Shown: positions 1 through 13,427 of the stretch, piece after piece
Position numbering within the stretch: position 1 is the first letter of the stretch
Layout: the number at the start of each line of letters is the position of its first letter
NCBI GenBank assembly: GCA_964016885.1
Contig: CAXHJY010001288.1
Coordinates: 62,001-126,000 of the forward strand
Source of the DNA: Eledone cirrhosa
Taxonomy: Eukaryota
Direction of reading: 5' to 3'
DNA length: 64,000 nt
Notes under the pieces: model-generated
Seen by the model: only the letters and a program-made list of their open reading frames with translations
Told to the model about the DNA's origin: nothing
Database searches by the model: none
Translations under genes and position numbers: made by a program

Positions 1-3000
1 AGTTATGTTAGACATTGTGGAGTAGTTATGTTAGACATTGTGTAGTAGATATGTCAGACATTGTGGAGTAGTTATGTTAGTTATTGTGGAGTAGATATGT
101 CAGACATTGTGGAGTAGTTATGTTAGTTATTGTGGAGTAGTTATGTTAGTTATTGTGGAGTAGTTATGTTAGACATTGTGGAGTAGTTATGTTAGACATT
201 GTGTAGTAGATATGTCAGACATTGTGGAGTAGTTATGTTAGTTATTGTGGAGTAGTTATGTTAGTTATTGTGGAGTAGTTATGTTAGTTATTGTGGAGTA
301 GTTATGTTAGACATTGTGGAGTAGTTATGTTAGACATTGTGGAGTAGTTATGTTAGACATTGTGGAGTTATGTTAGACATTGTGGAGTTATGTTAGACAT
401 TGTGGAGTTATGTTAGACATTGTGGAGTTTTGTCAGAAATGATGGAGTAGTTATGTCGGAGATTGTGGAGTAGTTATGTTAGACATTGTGGAGTAGTATG
501 CTAGACATTGTGAAATAGTTATTTTAGACATTGTGGAGTAGTGATGTCAGACATTGTGGAGTAGTTATGTCAGACATTGTGGAGTAGTTATGTTAGATAT
601 TGTGGGGTAGTTATGTCAGACATAGTGAAGTACTTATGTCAGACATTGTGGAATAGTTATGTTAGTTATAAGGGAGCAGTTATGTTAGACATTGTGGAGT
701 AGTTATGTTAGACATTGTGGAGTAGTTATGTTAGACATTGTTGAGTAGTTATGTCAGACATTGTGGAGTAGTTAAGTTTAAACATTGTGGAGTTGTTATG
801 TCACATATTGTGAAGTAGATATGTTAGACATTGTGGAGTAGTTATGTTAGTTATTGTGGAGTAGTTGTGTTAGTTATTGTGGAGTAGTTATGTTAGATAT
901 TGTGGATTAGTTATGTTAGTTATTGTGGAGTAGTTATGTTAGATATTGTGGAGTAGTTATGTTAGATATTGTGGAGTAGTTATGTTAGACATTGTTGAGT
1001 AGTTAAATTTAAACATTGTGGAGTTGTTATGTCACATATTGTGAAGTAGATATGTTAGACATTGTGGAGTTATGTTAGACATTGTGGAGTAGTTATGTTA
1101 GAAAATATGGAGTAGTTATGTTAGACAATGTGGAGTAGTTATGTTAGAGATTGTGGAGCAGTTATGTTAGACATTGTGGAGTAGTTATGTCACTTATTGT
1201 GTAGTTATGTTAGTTATTGTGTAGTTATGTTAGACATTGTGGAGTAGTTATGTCACTTATTGTGTAGTTATGTTAGTTATTGTGTAGTTATGTTAGACAT
1301 TGTGGAGTAGTTATGTTACACATTGTGGAGTTATGTTAGACATTGTGGAGTAGTTATGTCAGTCATTGTGGAGTAGTTATGTTAGACATTGTGGAGTTAT
1401 GTTAGACATTGTGGGATAGTTATGTTAGTTATTGTGGGATAGTTATGTTAGTTATTGTGGAGTAGTTATGTTAGACATCATGGAGTAATTATGTTAGACA
1501 TTGTGGAGTAGTTATTTTAGACATTGTTGAGTAGTTATGTTAGACGTTGTGCAGTAGTTATGTTAGACATTGTGTAATATTTATGTTAGACATTGTGGAG
1601 TAGTTATGTTAGTTATTGTGGAGTAGTTATGTTAGACATTGTGGGGGTAGTTATGTTAGACATAGTGGAGTAGTTATGTTAGACATTGTGGGGGTAGTTA
1701 TGTTACACATAGTGGAGTAGTTATGTTAGACATTGTGGGGGTAGTTATGTTACACATATTGGAGTAGTTTTGTCAGACATTGTGGAGTAGTTATGTTAGT
1801 TATTATGGAGTTATGTTAGACATTGTGCAGCAGTTATGGTAGACATTGTGGAGTAGTTATATTAGACATTGTGGAATAGTTATGTTAGACATTGTGGAGT
1901 AGTTATGTTAGACATTGTGGAGTAGTTATGTTAGACATCGTGGAGTTATGTTAGACATAGTGGAGTAGTTATGTCGGAGATTGTTGAGTAGTTATGTTAG
2001 ACATTGTGGAGTAGTTACGTTAGACATTTTGGAGTAATTATGTTAGTTATTGTGTAGTTATGTTAGACAGTGAGGAGTAGTTATGTTAGACATTGTGGAG
2101 TTATGTTAGACATTATGGAGTAGTTATGTTAGACATTGTGGAGTAGTTATGTTAGACATTGTGTAGTAGATATGTCAGACATTGTGGAGTAGTTATGTTA
2201 GTTATTGTGGAGTAGTTATGTTAGTTATTGTGGAGTAGTTATGTTAGTTATTGTGGAGTAGTTATGTTAGACATTGTGGAGTAGTTATGTTAGACATTGT
2301 GGAGTAGTTATGTTAGACATTGTGGAGTTATGTTAGACATTGTGGAGTTATGTTAGACATTGTGGAGTTATGTTAGACATTGTGGAGTTTTGTCAGAAAT
2401 GATGGAGTAGTTATGTCGGAGATTGTGGAGTAGTTATGTTAGACATTGTGGAGTAGTATGCTAGACATTGTGAAATAGTTATTTTAGACATTGTGGAGTA
2501 GTGATGTCAGACATTGTGGAGTAGTTATGTCAGACATTGTGGAGTAGTTATGTTAGATATTGTGGGGTAGTTATGTCAGACATAGTGAAGTACTTATGTC
2601 AGACATTGTGGAATAGTTATGTTAGTTATAAGGGAGCAGTTATGTTAGACATTGTTGAGTAGTTATGTCAGACATTGTGGAGTAGTTAAGTTTAAACATT
2701 GTGGAGTTGTTATGTCACATATTGTGAAGTAGATATGTTAGACATTGTGGAGTAGTTATGTTAGTTATTGTGGAGTAGTTGTGTTAGTTATTGTGGAGTA
2801 GTTATGTTAGACATTGTGGAGTAGTTAAGTCGGAGATTGTGGAGTAGTTAAGTCGGAGATTGTGGAGTAGTTATGTTAGACAATGTGGAGTAGTTATGTT
2901 AGACAATGTGGAGTAGTTATGTTAGAGATTGTGGAGCAGTTATGTTAGACATTGTGGAGTAGTTATGTCAGTTATCGTGTAGTTATGTTAGTTATTGTGT

Positions 3001-3662
3001 AGTTATGTTAGAGATTGTGGAGTAGTTATGTTACAAATTGTGGAGTAGTTATGTTAGACATTGTGGAGTAGTTATGTCAGACATTGTGGAGTAGTTATGT
3101 TAGACATTGTGGAGTTATGTTAGACATTGTGGAGTTTTGTCAGAAATGATGGAGTAGTTATGTCGGAGATTGTGGAGTAGTTATGTTAGACATTGTGGAG
3201 TAGTATGCTAGACATTGTGAAATAGTTATTTTAGACATTGTGGAGTAGTGATGTCAGACATTGTGGAGTAGTTATGTTAGACATTGTGGAGTTATGTTAG
3301 ACATTGTGGGATAGTTATATTAGTTATTGTGGGATAGTTATGTTAGACATCGTTGGGGTAGTTATGTTACACATATTGGAGTAGTTATGTCAGACATTGT
3401 GGAGTAGTTATGTCAAACATTGTGGAGTAGTTATGTTAGACATTATGGAGTAGTTATGTAAGTTATTGTTGAGTAGTTATGTCAGATAGTGTGGAGTAGT
3501 TATGTTAGACATTGTGGAGTAGTTATGTTAGACATTGTGGAGTAGTTATGTTAGACATTGTGGAGTAGTTATGTTAGACATTGTGGAGTAGTTATGTTAG
3601 ACATTGTGGAGTAGTTATGTTAGACATTGTGGAGTAGTTATGTTAGACCTTGTGGAGTAGTT
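1..3662. repeat. 23-bp tandem minisatellite (AGTTATGTTAGACATTGTGGAGT, with 20-bp variants); runs off the window start; intronic to PDXDC1
   Basis: Unit directly visible throughout. A diagnostic variant block (TTTTGTCAGAAATGATGGAG...GTATGCTAGAC...GTGATGTCAG) recurs at ~428, ~2388 and ~3135. Confidence 0.97.
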
Positions 3663-4029
3663 AAAGTATGTCTTGAGATGCCTTCTGGTGTTTATTTTGA
3701 CCCTCTGTGTTCTGAGTTCAAATTCTACCCGCTATCATCAGAAAAGTGGTGACACTTCTACCTGGAATTGTGGCGACAGATAACATTAGCAATGGAAAAA
3801 CCATTGGAAACACAATTTCCTTGTTCCTTTCTGAGTATCAGATTCTTTCTTTTCTTTATTGGTTTTCTTTCATGATGTCAACATTTTCATCACACTATCT
3901 GTGACCTCGTCACTGACACAACTCCATTGTGCTAGTGATAAGCTTGCAGAGTCTATGATGGAAATTCAGATATAAAAGAAATAATTAAAATGTGATTACA
4001 ACAGTTTGTGTGTGATTATTGAAATTACT

Positions 4030-4506
4030 TGATGGAAACCGCGGAGTGGGGAGACCCAAGATGACTTGGGATGAGGTGATAAAAGCCGACCTTACCCAAC
4101 TACACCTCTCAAAGTCAATGACACACGACCGTGACTTCTGGCGTCACGCAGTAATACAGGGTACCCGACCTCCCATGGGTACATGCTGAAGCATATAAAC
4201 AATATGCCCCCCCCCCCCCCCCCCCCCTCCACCGCAAGGTGGCCGTGGAGGTGCCACGGCAAAAAAGCACCCAGCCCACACTGTAAAGTGGACGTGTAGG
4301 CGCCACGAAAAAGCACCCAGCACTCACTGTAAATGAGGTTGGTGTTAGGAAGGGCATCCAGCTGTAGAAATCAAGCCAGATCAGTTCCTGTATGAGCAAG
4401 GCATGGTCAGCCGACCAGACACTGCCCACAACAGGACAACCCGTCTAACCCATGCTAGCGTGGAAGAACGGACGTAAAACGGTGATGATGATGATGATGA
4501 TGATGA
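4030..4506 (+). mobile_element. 3' fragment of an RTE-clade LINE (end of ORF, 3'UTR, (GAT)n tail)
   Basis: Encodes GRPKMTWDEVIKADL, like GRPRKTWDELINSDL of the 7.8-kb copy. Ends with AACCCATGCTAGCGTGGAAGAACGGACGTAAAACGG(TGA)n, a tail shared with the longer RTE copies. Confidence 0.8.
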
Positions 4507-4635
4507 CTTGAATGATTCTTCCATCATGTAATTGCTTTCTTTCAACACAATTTCAGATCAAGTTATTCGCTTTTGCAAGTATATCTGTGATATTTTGACA
4601 TGAATGTTTTAGTAATTATTTTTATATCTAAACAG

Positions 4636-4760
4636 ATATATTCCAGCCAGTTGGACAGAGAAACTTGCAGAGTTACCAGAACATGGGAAAAATGATATCA
4701 ATACTTTAAATATTGAATTGGTTCACAAACTGAAATCTACCGACAGTGCATTCTCTCTTG
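4636..4760 (+). CDS. PDXDC1: PDXDC1 internal coding exon (first in window)
   Basis: AACAG acceptor, G|GTAAAT donor. Encodes YIPASWTEKLAELPEHGKNDINTLNIELVHKLKSTDSAFSL(G). The phase-1 end joins the next exon in frame. Confidence 0.85.
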
Positions 4761-5012
4761 GTAAATATAGTTGTTAATTCTTGACAGCAATATCTGAATC
4801 GTGTAGATATTGTTTATAGTTATATACCCTATTTATAGTATTACATGACAGCTGTAACCTCACAACTTCCCTAGTGCTGGTGCCATGATAAAATACACTC
4901 TATAGATGGTGGGCTCGTATGTCAGGACCCTGGCTCACCTGGAGGTCTGTGGTTCTGCATGAGTATTGACTTGGTCTGTGACAACACATCCAACCCTTAC
5001 TAGCAGGAAAAA

Positions 5013-5425
5013 TGGACACTAAATAATTGTTTCTCCTTTAGGCACAAAGCCAGCAATTACCCAGTGCATTACTGGCACTTTATTTTATCGACCCCCGTAA
5101 GGATGAAAAGCAAAGTCAACCTTAGCGGTTTTGAACTCAGATCGTAAAGGGACGTAACTATGCTGGAAAGCATGGCGTCCGACCCTCTACCGATACTGCC
5201 AATCCACCGCCAATTGGACACTAAATAATTGTTTCTACTTTAGACACAAGGCCAGCAATTACCCAGTACATTACTGGTACTTTATTTTATCGACCCCGTA
5301 GAGATGAAAGGCAAAGTTAACCTCGGCGGGATTTGAACTCAGACTGTAAAGGGACATAACTATGCTAGAAAGCATGCCCTCTACCGATACTGCCAATTCA
5401 CCGCCCAATTGGACACTAAATAATG
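5013..5425 (-). mobile_element. Two tandem tRNA-derived SINE copies (MetaSINE-like central domain)
   Basis: The minus strand reads ...GTTCAAATCCCGCCGAGGTTAACTTTGCCTTTCATC...GGGGTCGATAAAATAAAGTACCAG twice. TGGACACTAAATAAT occurs three times, bounding the copies. Confidence 0.8.
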
Positions 5426-5774
5426 ATGATTATGATGATGATGTTTGTGTGTACATTCATTTTTTGAGAAATCATTTAATACAATGTTTATTTTTTAGAC
5501 TTCCTTAACTCTTAACATCCTGTATTGCACAAAACGGCATTAGAAAGATATTCTTAAAAAAATTCAAACATCACTATGGCTGCATCATGTTAAAAATTAA
5601 AGTCATTACTCTAATATTGCAAATTTTTACAATGATACTATAGACACTTGAATTAACAAACATATTCGTTAGGTAATTTCTGCTGAATCATTACGTTAAG
5701 AGTTAAGTGGGAGATATTGTTAATATTAGTTTGTTGTGGTCAGTAATATCATTACAGATATATACAGTTTGCTT

Positions 5775-6241
5775 CACAAACTGTAAAATGGGCGTGTAAG
5801 TGTCACGACAAAAAGCACCCAGTCCACACTGTAAAGTGGTCATGCAGGTGCACGACAAAAAGCACCCAGTCCACACTGTAAAGTAGTCGTGTAAGTGTCA
5901 TGACAAAAAGCACCCAGTCTATAATGTAAAATGGTCATGTAAGTGTCACGACAAAAAGCACCCAGTCCACACTGTAGAGTGGTCATGTAGGTGTCACGAC
6001 AAAAAGCACCCAGTTACACTGTAAAATGGTCATGTAGGAGTCATGATAAAAAGCACACAGCACACACTGTAAATATGGCTGGCATTAGGAAGGGCACCTG
6101 GGCATAGAAACAAAGTTAAAAACAGTTCTGTATAAACAAGGCATAGTTACCGGACTTAGCATTGCCCACAACAGGACAACTCGTCTAACCCATGCTAGCG
6201 TGGAAGAATGGATGTAAAACGGTAATAATGATGATGATGAT
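5775..6241 (+). mobile_element. RTE 3'UTR fragment with an expanded internal ~48-bp tandem repeat and (GAT)n tail
   Basis: About 6 copies of AAAAGCACCCAGTCCACACTGTAAAGTGGTCATGTAGGTGTCACGAC, followed by the shared RTE terminus. Confidence 0.75.
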
Positions 6242-6439
6242 AAGATATGTACATACATACTCACACACTTATAGATATTTAATATAAGATGTGAAGGATT
6301 AAGAAAAAATTAAAAAGAGGTTGCAGATGCATCTAACCAAATAAATGGTGTCTAATGCTATAAAATATCTGTAATATATGTGGGATTATATACATACATA
6401 TATATATATGTATGTGTGTGTGTGTGTATATATATGTAT

Positions 6440-6773
6440 ATCATCATTTCATTTTACGTCCGCTTTTCCCTGCTTGCAAGGGTGGGACGGGAACTGATTC
6501 TGGCATGATTTCTACAGCTGGATGCCCTTCCTAACACCAACCTCATTTACAGTGAGTGCTGGGTGCTTTTTTGCCGTGGCACCTCCACGACCACTTTGCA
6601 GTGGAATGATAGAGACCCCAGTCCCTATCATCTCATTTCTACAGCTGAGTAAACTGGAGCAATGTGAAATAAAGTCTCTTGCTCAAGGAAACAACACATC
6701 ACCCGGTCTGAGAATTGAACTCACAACCTTTCGATTGCAAGGCCAATGCTCTAACCACTAAGCCATATGCCTC
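6440..6773 (-). mobile_element. Young tRNA-derived SINE (A/B-box head, CORE-like CCTTGAGCAAGACACTT, RTE-derived 3' tail)
   Basis: Nearly identical to copies at 39718-40057 and 51052-51367. Its 3' part matches the RTE 3'UTR. Confidence 0.88.
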
Positions 6774-7084
6774 CATATATATATGTGTGTATATAAATAT
6801 GTATAAATGTGTATGTGTGTGTGTATATTTATGTATATATGTGTATATTTATATATGTATGTGTGTGTATATATATATATATCAGTTCCTGTATGAGCAA
6901 GGCATGGTCAGCCGACCAGACACTGCCCACAACAGGACAACCCGTCTAACCCATGCTAGCGTGGAAGAACGGACGTAAAACGGTGATGATGATATGTATG
7001 TGTGTGTATATAAATATGTATATATGTGTGTGTATATAAATATGTATATATATGTGTGTGTATATAAATATGTATGCTTGTGAA

Positions 7085-7278
7085 GGCGTGTGACTGAGTG
7101 GTTAGAGAATTGGTTCGCAATCGTAAGGTTGTGAGTTCGATTCCTGGACCAGGCGATGCATTATGTCCTTGAGCAAGACACTTTATTTCACGTTGCTCCT
7201 TCTACCTGGAGTTGCGACCGATAGATAGTATTAGCAATTGGAAAGACCAACAGAAACATTGTTCCCTCGGTCCGATTT
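7085..7278 (+). mobile_element. tRNA-derived SINE with the same type of head but a different 3' body
   Basis: TGACTGAGTGG A-box, GTTCGATTCC B-box, CCTTGAGCAAGACACTT. A second copy lies on the minus strand at ~53060-53272. Confidence 0.8.
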
Positions 7279-7312
7279 GACGAAAGTCGATCGTTCCTTT
7301 ATATATATATAT

Positions 7313-7362
<50 letters not shown>

Positions 7363-7370
7363 ATGAGTAT

Positions 7371-8898
7371 ATCATCATCATCATCATCATCAACGTTTAA
7401 CGTCCGTGTTCCACGCTTGCATGGGTTTGGACGGGGGTAGTCCCACTTGAGGCAAGAGTGATTGTCTTGCTCGCATAGGACTGTCTGGCAGGTTTTCTAC
7501 AGTTGGATGTCCTTCCTAACACCAACCACATTTACAGTGTGGGTCTGGGAGGTTTTTACCGTGTTGCCTACACGGCCACATTACAGCGTGGACTGTGTGT
7601 TTTTTTTTGTCGTGACACCTACACGATCTCATTTGTTTCGGCCTGGATGGCGCGGCACCAACATAACTTTACATAGAACGGGGTGGTGTGGATGGGGTGG
7701 GGGTGGTGGTGGTGGGACGGGGTGTATTTTGTTAGAGATGCCTACTGGCTGTAGTAGGTTTTACTATGTATTTAGGTAAGGCGGGTCTTCTCTATTACTG
7801 AGTACCGCCAAAGGTCTCGGTCCAGTGACATTGTCTTGGAGAGGTGTAAGTGTGTGAGGTCGGAGTTTATCAGCTCGTCCCAGGTTTTTCTGGGTCTGCC
7901 TATTCCGTGGCTACCGTCTATCTTTATTTCCCTGCACTTTGTTATACAGCTATCGACTTTCATGCGCATCACGTGTCCATACCAACGTAGCCTTCTCTCG
8001 AGTAAACAACATCTGATCCCTCTTATTTCTAATTTTTTCCTTAGTTCGTTTATGCTTTGCCGTTCACGTATATTACTGTTACACATCCAGCGGAGCATGC
8101 AAGCTTCGTTCCTCTCTAGTCTGCATATATCCTCTGCACACAATGCCCAGGTCTCACTGCCATGCAACATTGCTGTTCGTATGCAGGCATCGTACAATCT
8201 GCCTTTCATTTTTAGGGAGAACCCTTTAGCAGCTAATAGTGGTATAAGCTCTCTGAACTTTTTCCAACCAGTTCTGACTCTAACTACTGTACTTTCAGAG
8301 CACCCTCCCCCACTGCTGATTTTATCGCCCAGGTAACGGAAGCTGTCCACTATTTCTATAGAACCCTCTGCGCAATTGAAAGAGCTAGTATTTTGTGGGC
8401 ACTTGCTGCTACTTATTGCACCAGAGCACCGGCCACATGTAAAATCTATGTTCTTAGTTAGCTTACCTGTGATCCCACTACATCTTTTATGCACCCATAC
8501 TTTGCATTTAGGACATAAAATGGAGTTTCTACCTACGCCTTTCCTACACACCGAGCATGATCATTTCCCAGAAGGGACCGCCGCCTTATTTTCTTTCCTA
8601 CAAACTAGAACTTTAGTCTTAGCCAGGTTAATTTTAAGTCCTTTTGATTCTAGGCCATGCTTCCATGTTTGGAATTTCTTCTCTAGCTCGGCCATTGATT
8701 CCGCTATGAGTGTCAGGTCGTCTGCGTATAGGAGTTCCCATGGGCAGCCGGTCTTGAACTCCTCTGTTATAGCCTGAAGGGCAATAATAAATAGTAGGGG
8801 GCTGAGAACAGAGCCCTGATGGACGCCAATTTTTACGCTAAACTCTTCACTATATTCGTTGTTAATTCTAACCTTGCTGACTGTTTCTTTATACATGG
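7371..8898 (-). mobile_element. 5'-truncated RTE-clade LINE (RT C-terminal half with PHD-type finger, 3'UTR, (GAT)n tail)
   Basis: GVHQGSVLSPLLF, LYADDL, FRYLG, LRWYGHV and GRPRKTW motifs. One in-frame TGA at 8561-8563. Flanked by TA-rich microsatellite. Confidence 0.95.
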
Positions 8899-10163
8899 CA
8901 TATATATATGTATATATGTGTATATATATCATATTCCATACTTCACATTCGGTCTTGCTTTATATTCTATGTTATTTTATAATATAATATATTTTTCATT
9001 TTTCATAATTTTTTTCATATTTTCTCATATTTTCATTCTTCATATTTTTAAATCTTTATTTTCCTATTTCCCCTTAATTCTGCCACTATAATCACCATTA
9101 CCAATCTATCACTATATCTTCCCTAACTTTGCAAATTTTACAAATCTCCTTTTATCATCATCATCATCATCATCACCTATTTCTTTTCCTTTTTCTCTCC
9201 TTTTTTTTCCTTGTTCCTTTTTCCTCCCCTTTTATTTCTCTTCACCTTTTCATATCCACTCCTACTTCCTCCTCATCATCATCATCATCAACCACTGACC
9301 ATGTAATATATTTTCATCACCACCACCACCACCCAAAAATTTACTGAACCATCTCACTTCATTCACACCATCCTGTTTTTTTCACATACAATAAATACTT
9401 TTCAGTAAACATCTTAATTCACCCCCCCCCCCCAACCTATTGATATATTTACCCTGTTCATGATGATGGTGATGATGATGATGATCATCATCATCACCAT
9501 CATCACCAAATTTTCACTCCTTACTAATTCCTACCCCTATCATCACACACCCCTCATTTCCATAACCTCCTTTATTTCTTTATTTCTCTTAGAGTTTCCT
9601 CATCCTTCTCTTGTCATAACTCCCCTCCACTCCCTCCTGAAACACCCATTCAGTAACTTTGCCATCATCATCATCATCATCATCACATATACCATGTCCA
9701 CACCTTTTTATCTCTCTTAGAGTTTCCTTTTTCACCTTTCTCTTTTCATAATACCCTCCTCATACACTCATTCAAAAATACCTCTCCACCCATTATTTCA
9801 TTGAACAATTTAGTCAGTGTCAACATAAATACAAACATGGATACACACACACACAGATACACACTCACTCACACACACACACATGCAGCAAGCCTCTTCA
9901 CCATTTCCATCTACCAAATTTGGCCAAATGAAGGCTTTCGTAGAAGATATTTACTCCAAGGTACCATGCAGTGAGACTGAACCCAGAACCAGATGGTTCT
10001 GAAGCTCATTCCTTAATTCTATGGCTATGCCTGGACACACTCACACGTGTGTGTGTGTGTGTGTGTGTGTGCATGCGTGTGTTTGTATATCACCATCATT
10101 GTCATCATTTTCCATCTGTTTTTTTTTTCCAACTCTTCTGTCTATCATAACCCTCTGTTGTCT

Positions 10164-10232
<69 letters not shown>

Positions 10233-10292
10233 ATGCATGCACGCACACATCCATGGACTTCTGTTGTGTTCCAGTTGCTGTATCAGCAGAAA

Positions 10293-11900
10293 TTAATAAT
10301 AATAATGAAAATATTGTGTACAGTGCTCAGGTGCACTACAACTCATCAAAAGTGTATGTATAGTACATAGGGTAATGTACAAACGTCAGGAAAATGAACA
10401 GTGCATGAGTCATGATATACACGTGTGCATGTGTATGGAAGGGGGACATCAGGTGTAGTTTTTGCGAATTTCGGGAAGCATGAGGGTTTTAAAGGATGCA
10501 GTGTCTCGGCAGCTAACAATTGATGCAGGCAGTTTGTTCCATGGTTCAGCAACTCTAAGTGTGAAAAAATGTTTCCGAAAGTCATAGGAGCTGTGCTGTT
10601 TTTTGACTTTGTAGGCATATCCACGTGTGTTAGACACATGGAGATCAAAAAGGTGCTCAGGGTTGTTGTTGGCGAGATGGTTAATAACTTTGTGGGTGTT
10701 TACCAAGTCCATTGCCAGACGTCAGAGCTTCAATGAATCCATGCCCAGGGAAGCAAGGCGTTCAGAGTATGGTAGGTGTCTGATGGAGGGTATGCGCTTG
10801 GTTGCACGTCTCTGAACAGTTTCCAGGAGGTCAATGTTCTGAGTAAGATAGGGGTTCCAGACTGATGATGCGAATTCCAAGTGTGGTCATACCATAGCTG
10901 TATACAGCTTTAAATAGATGGCTGGAGAGTGGCTAACAAAGGACTTGCTGAGTGATGCCAAGACACCCTCGGCCTTCTTGACAATTTTAGAGATGTGCTT
11001 TGTCCAACGCAAATTGCTGCTGACAGTAATGCCTAGGTCACGTTCACAAGAGGACTTCTTGATATCAGTGTTATGGAGGGAGTATGTGGACGCTGGATTT
11101 TTCCTCCCAAAATGCATGGTGGTACACTTATCCACAGCCAGCTTCAGTTGCCAGTCTGTGATTCATTGCTGCATTGTGTCCAGGTCTGATTGTAGGAAAG
11201 AGTAATAGATTTCAGGATCTGTCCTTTTGATTTCAAGGTACAGCTTGATGTCATCTGCATACTTCAGTACCATGGCATTCTTTAAGTTGGCATCTATGTC
11301 ATTAATGTATGCAACAAACAAAAGGGGACCAAGAACAGATCCCTGTGGTACACCAGATGACATCTCATATGGCGAAGAATGCTGTCCTAGAACCATGACT
11401 ACTTCTTTTCGGCTGAGAATGAAGGATTTCAACCAGTTAAAAAGATCATCCCTCACACCCATTGCAGAGTTTCGCCATAACTCTTTTGTGTGGCACAGAA
11501 TTAAAAGCCTTAGCGAAGTCAAGGTAAACAACATCCACCCATGAGCCGCTGTGCGTGATCCGGGTAATGTCTTCAAGGAACTCGATAAGCTGATCACAGC
11601 AGCTGGAGTTAGAGATAAATCCAAATTGCAAGGGCCGGATGAGGCTGTGAGAGCTCCAGAAGTTCCAAAGTGTTTCTCTGATACAGGATTCCATCAGTTT
11701 GGCAATACAGCTAGTAAGACCGACTGGACGAAAGTTGACAGGTGACGTGCGGGCGCCCTTTTTGAACAGGGGAATGACACTGGCAGTTTTTCACTGCTCC
11801 GGAGTAGCACCATTGTTGAGACAGTGATGAGCAAGTGTCTGAGCATTCGACAGACATATGAACCCTTAACATAACTTTCAGGAAGATTCAACGTGACACG
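10293..11900 (-). mobile_element. 5'-truncated, frameshifted CR1-clade LINE (RT domain and C-terminus)
   Basis: QFGF, VVYLDFAKAFNSVPH, GVPQGSVLGPLLF, YADDIKLY, ERDLG, and the CR1-type tail RKHFFTLRVAEPWNKLP. Short (ATT)n 3' end. Confidence 0.92.
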
Positions 11901-12099
11901 GTGTGTGACAAGACTGGCCCTTTAAATTATAGGTACAGTCCATTTGATGGGCTTCCATACAGCTTCCATCTGCCTAATTTCACTCACATGGCATGGGCCG
12001 ACTCATTATGGCACACAATGGAATTGAACCTGGGACCCACATGTTGCGAAGTGAGGTTCTTAACAATTTTGCCAAGCTGCATTCACTGCATGCACGCGC

Positions 12100-12440
12100 A
12101 TACACATAAGCGCGAGCACACACAGACAGATGCACACAAACCGACAGATACACACAAACACACATACAAACACATACAAACACACACAGATACACACACA
12201 GATACACACACAGATACACACACAGATACACACACACAGATACACACACACAGATACACACACACAGATAGACACACCGAAACACACACAGATACACACT
12301 CACACACACATATACACACACACACAGAAACACTCACACAGATACACACAAACACACACAGACACAAACACAGAAACACACACACACACGTAGACATAAA
12401 CACAGAAACACACACACACACACTCACACAAACATACATG
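12100..12440. repeat. Degenerate (CA)n / CACACAGATA microsatellite
   Basis: Directly visible. Confidence 0.9.
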
Positions 12441-12889
12441 GACAAAGAGAGGAAACCATCAATATCTGTTGTATATAATGTTTACACAGTTTTTACAGCT
12501 GGTGGCACTTAACCATCATGGGAGCTTATCATGACAGACTAATAGCAGATTGATTATTGGTTATTCAAGATCAATAGATGGAGTGAGTGTGCATTTGTGT
12601 GTCTGTGTGCAAGTGTATATGTTCACACACACACACACACATATGGACACTTATATTGTTAGCTTACCTTCTTCCTTTCGATTTATTAAAACATAGCATT
12701 ATTATTTGTCTGTCTACAGTCCCCACTTGGGTATTTTCACTGCAATAATTTGATGTTTTTTTTAATTAAGGGTGTGAAGTTTTGTAGCCAAGTTGTTAAA
12801 GTGTTGATCATAAGGTTATGGGTTCAATTCCTAGACCTGGCAGCACATTATTTTCTTGAACAAGACACTTCATTTCATGAGGCTTTTCA

Positions 12890-13272
12890 TAATAGGATTG
12901 GAGCCCCCTATCATTAAAACATCTGAAAAACCTTGCATAAGGTGAGCTAAACCTGCATAGATGTTAGCTGTGATAACAACTACATGATAGAACTGGGGCT
13001 CCTATCATTAAAAACCCAAGAAACCTCATATGAGATGAGTTAAACATAGATAGATGTTAGCTGTGACAACAACTATATGATAGGACTGGGGTCCCTATCA
13101 TTAAAACTCCCAAGAAATCTCATATGAGGTGAGCTAAGTATGGATAGATGTTAGCTGTAACAAAAACTACATGATAAGACTGGGGTCCCTGTCATTAAAA
13201 CACCCAAGAAACCTCGTATGAGGTGAGCTAAACCTCGTCAGAAGTCAGCTGAACCTGCATAGATGTGAGCTG
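12890..13272. repeat. ~94-bp degenerate tandem repeat, about 4 copies, ending just before the exon acceptor tract
   Basis: ATAGGACTGGGGTCCCTATCATTAAAA-like motif at ~12892, 12987, 13080 and 13174. Confidence 0.85.
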
Positions 13273-13308
13273 TGAAGTTCATTTTGTTTTTCTTTTTCTT
13301 TAATTCAG

Positions 13309-13427
13309 GACAGTGTGCAGATGATATTGCATGTGTGAAATTTGGTCTTATCACCGCAGAAACAGAAATTGAGGAATTAATTTCTCTGGTAGAAACTGTA
13401 GGAAAACAACTTGAAGAATCATCTAAG
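13309..13427 (+). CDS. PDXDC1: PDXDC1 internal coding exon
   Basis: Pyrimidine tract + TTCAG acceptor, AAG|GTAAAA donor. Encodes (G)QCADDIACVKFGLITAETEIEELISLVETVGKQLEESSK. Confidence 0.9.

Noticed and set aside
6522-6761. Conserved 79-aa ORF present three times (also 39806, 51066)
   Set aside because: Antisense reading of a young SINE; the identity reflects recent copying, not coding constraint.
7836-8777. + strand ORFs overlapping the RTE (and antisense ORFs over CR1, RTE and Penelope)
   Set aside because: Shadow frames of retroelement coding sequence.
8930-9800. Strand-biased pyrimidine/(CAT)n-rich region with His/Ser/Ile ORFs (similar texture at 61480-61970)
   Set aside because: Low complexity with no recognisable domain or splice structure; cannot be assigned.
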